Positions 62,483 through 64,000 of a DNA stretch of 64,000 nucleotides are shown one piece after another. Positions within the stretch are counted from its first letter, which is position 1. Each line of letters begins with the position of its first letter. A model generated the notes under the pieces. That model did not search any database, was not told the origin of the DNA, and saw only the letters and a list, made by a program, of their open reading frames with translations. Origin of the DNA: Octopus sinensis (lineage: Eukaryota); assembly GCF_006345805.1 (NCBI RefSeq), contig NC_043003.1, forward strand, positions 18,166,001 to 18,230,000, written 5' to 3'. Both the position numbers and the translations under genes were made by a program.

Positions 62483-63470
62483 TTATCAGTCAATTCGTTA
62501 ACTAATCAATTGTTCAATTAATCATTCAGTCAATGAATCAATCAGCTAGATCTGTCAGCCCTTTTTTCACCCTTTGCAACCTCATCGAAGACATTCCGTC
62601 TCTTATCCAAATTTGGTTTTAAGTAATCCAGCATCCAGCTGAAGTTACGTTTCTCACAATAATTTTCATTTTCCTTACAATATTTTCAAACTAAGAAAAG
62701 CGAAATAATCCATCATATTCCTGAACTGGCTAAAATGTAATGTAATAATAGTTCAACCAAGTGCATAACTGTTATTTTAAGTTGCTTGAATTCTCATCTG
62801 TTGAAGACTAAGTATGTCTTTTACTCTTTGCTCTGGTTTCTTTTCATTATTTAGATTACTAAATAATTGTTCTGTCCCACTTTCGTTTTTTTTTTTTTTT
62901 TCCACTTTGTTTCTCTTTTACTGGTCTTTTTGCTTTAATGTAAAAACCCTGTCGAAAGCAAAGGCTTTACTAAGTGTTTTTGGTTTGAGTTTGTTCAACA
63001 GGAAATATATCCCCAGGTCTGAAATAATAAAATGGTGGAAGGCACTTGAGAGCTAGCCAAATTCTTCAAGGGCAAGTAATGAAGATAGATTAATTGAAGT
63101 CAGTTCCAGGTAACAGAGCAGCAACTCTCAGCAGAAAAAACATAAAAACATTTGGTTTCCAGGTGGTTTCCATATCCGGTTCTCATTAATCTTTTTCACA
63201 ATCAAAACATTTTGATGGGAGAAGAGGGACACTAAAAAAGGAATTCTAAATTCTCATATTTTTGTGTTATAATCTTTTATAGGAATCTACATTATCATTC
63301 TTTAAACTCTTTAAACCCATATTTTCATTTCTTCTTCATTTGCCACATACCTTATTTATTTTCATTTAGTTTTTGGAAGAGTTTTTGTTGTTTTTGTTCA
63401 TTTTCATTGGCTGTCCCGTCATTTCAATCATAACATCTCATTTCAAAGTTCTAAATGATTATTATTATTA

Positions 63471-63858
63471 CTAGTAGTATCACCCAGCATTGCTCAGGTT
63501 TGTTTTGACCCTTTAGAATTGGAATTTTTGAAAAGTAAAAATTTTGCATTATATAGCTTGTTATTCTCTTTAAGTGAACATTCTCTGGTTGAAATACACC
63601 AAAAAATGGCAACAACGCAATAAAAAAATCGTAAAAAATAAGGATTTTCTTGGGAAAAAAGCACCTTTTTGATGTAAATAATTTTTGGTCTTAATATGGT
63701 CTGATTTGAATTTTTTCTTCTATGGAAGGAAGAGCAAGCCTTCTATCCTACTATCAATTTTGGTCAATTTGCGCCGTGGGGTCTCGGAGGAGATAGCGTT
63801 AGTTGAAGGCTACTAAACCTGCCATACACAGACAACTTCAGCTTTATATATAGAGAGA
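63471..63858 (-). mobile_element. Non-autonomous Helitron (family E)
   Basis: Homologous to 28477-28878. Confidence 0.85.
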
Positions 63859-63869
63859 TTACTAGCTTA

Positions 63870-64000
63870 CTAGCATTTTGTCCATCTTTACGTTCTGAGT
63901 TCAAATTCTGCCAAAGTTGACTTTGCCATTCATCCTTTCGGGGTTGATAAATTAGGTACCAGTGAAACACTGGGGTCAATGTAATTGACTAGTTCCTTCC
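63870..64000 (+). mobile_element. SINE family B, truncated by the window edge
   Basis: gagttcaaattctgcc...tcatcctttcggggttgataa. Confidence 0.8.

Noticed and set aside
62930-63020. Minus-strand KAFAFDRVF, kinesin-like motif
   Set aside because: A stop follows within ten codons and no other motor motifs are present.
737-63979. Most ORFs in the supplied track (e.g. EDTCPRCHAVGLNPEPCGW, YIYIYI, VCVCVC, poly-T/H/N)
   Set aside because: They are translations of SINEs, Helitrons and microsatellites that recur with each repeat copy; no coding evidence.

Overview
AT-rich eukaryotic genomic DNA, almost all non-coding, dense in (AT)n, (GT)n, (AAT)n and (CAT)n microsatellites. From the repeat content I infer an octopus (cephalopod) genome, intronic or intergenic; no database search was run. 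Four tRNA-headed SINE-like families recur, labelled here A, B, G and H. Also present: a (GAT)n-tailed RTE-type tail module (D), fossil 3' ends of CR1 and of four different RTE LINEs, mariner, Tigger and piggyBac remnants and MITEs, and seven non-autonomous Helitrons. No multi-exon gene could be assembled; only isolated low-confidence exon candidates exist, and the supplied ORFs are nearly all repeat-derived. Most notable: (1) a ~260-bp palindrome with two divergent, decayed hammerhead-ribozyme cores and a third related core at 1.4 kb; (2) an SVA-like composite retroposon (SINE head + VNTR + RTE-type tail) with a 3x ~340-bp higher-order repeat; (3) two headless retroposons with fixed 5' ends, one bounded by (AAT)n; (4) a head-to-tail junction between two different Helitrons; (5) a local inverted duplication around a candidate exon. 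Most repeat boundaries are approximate (about +/-10-20 nt).
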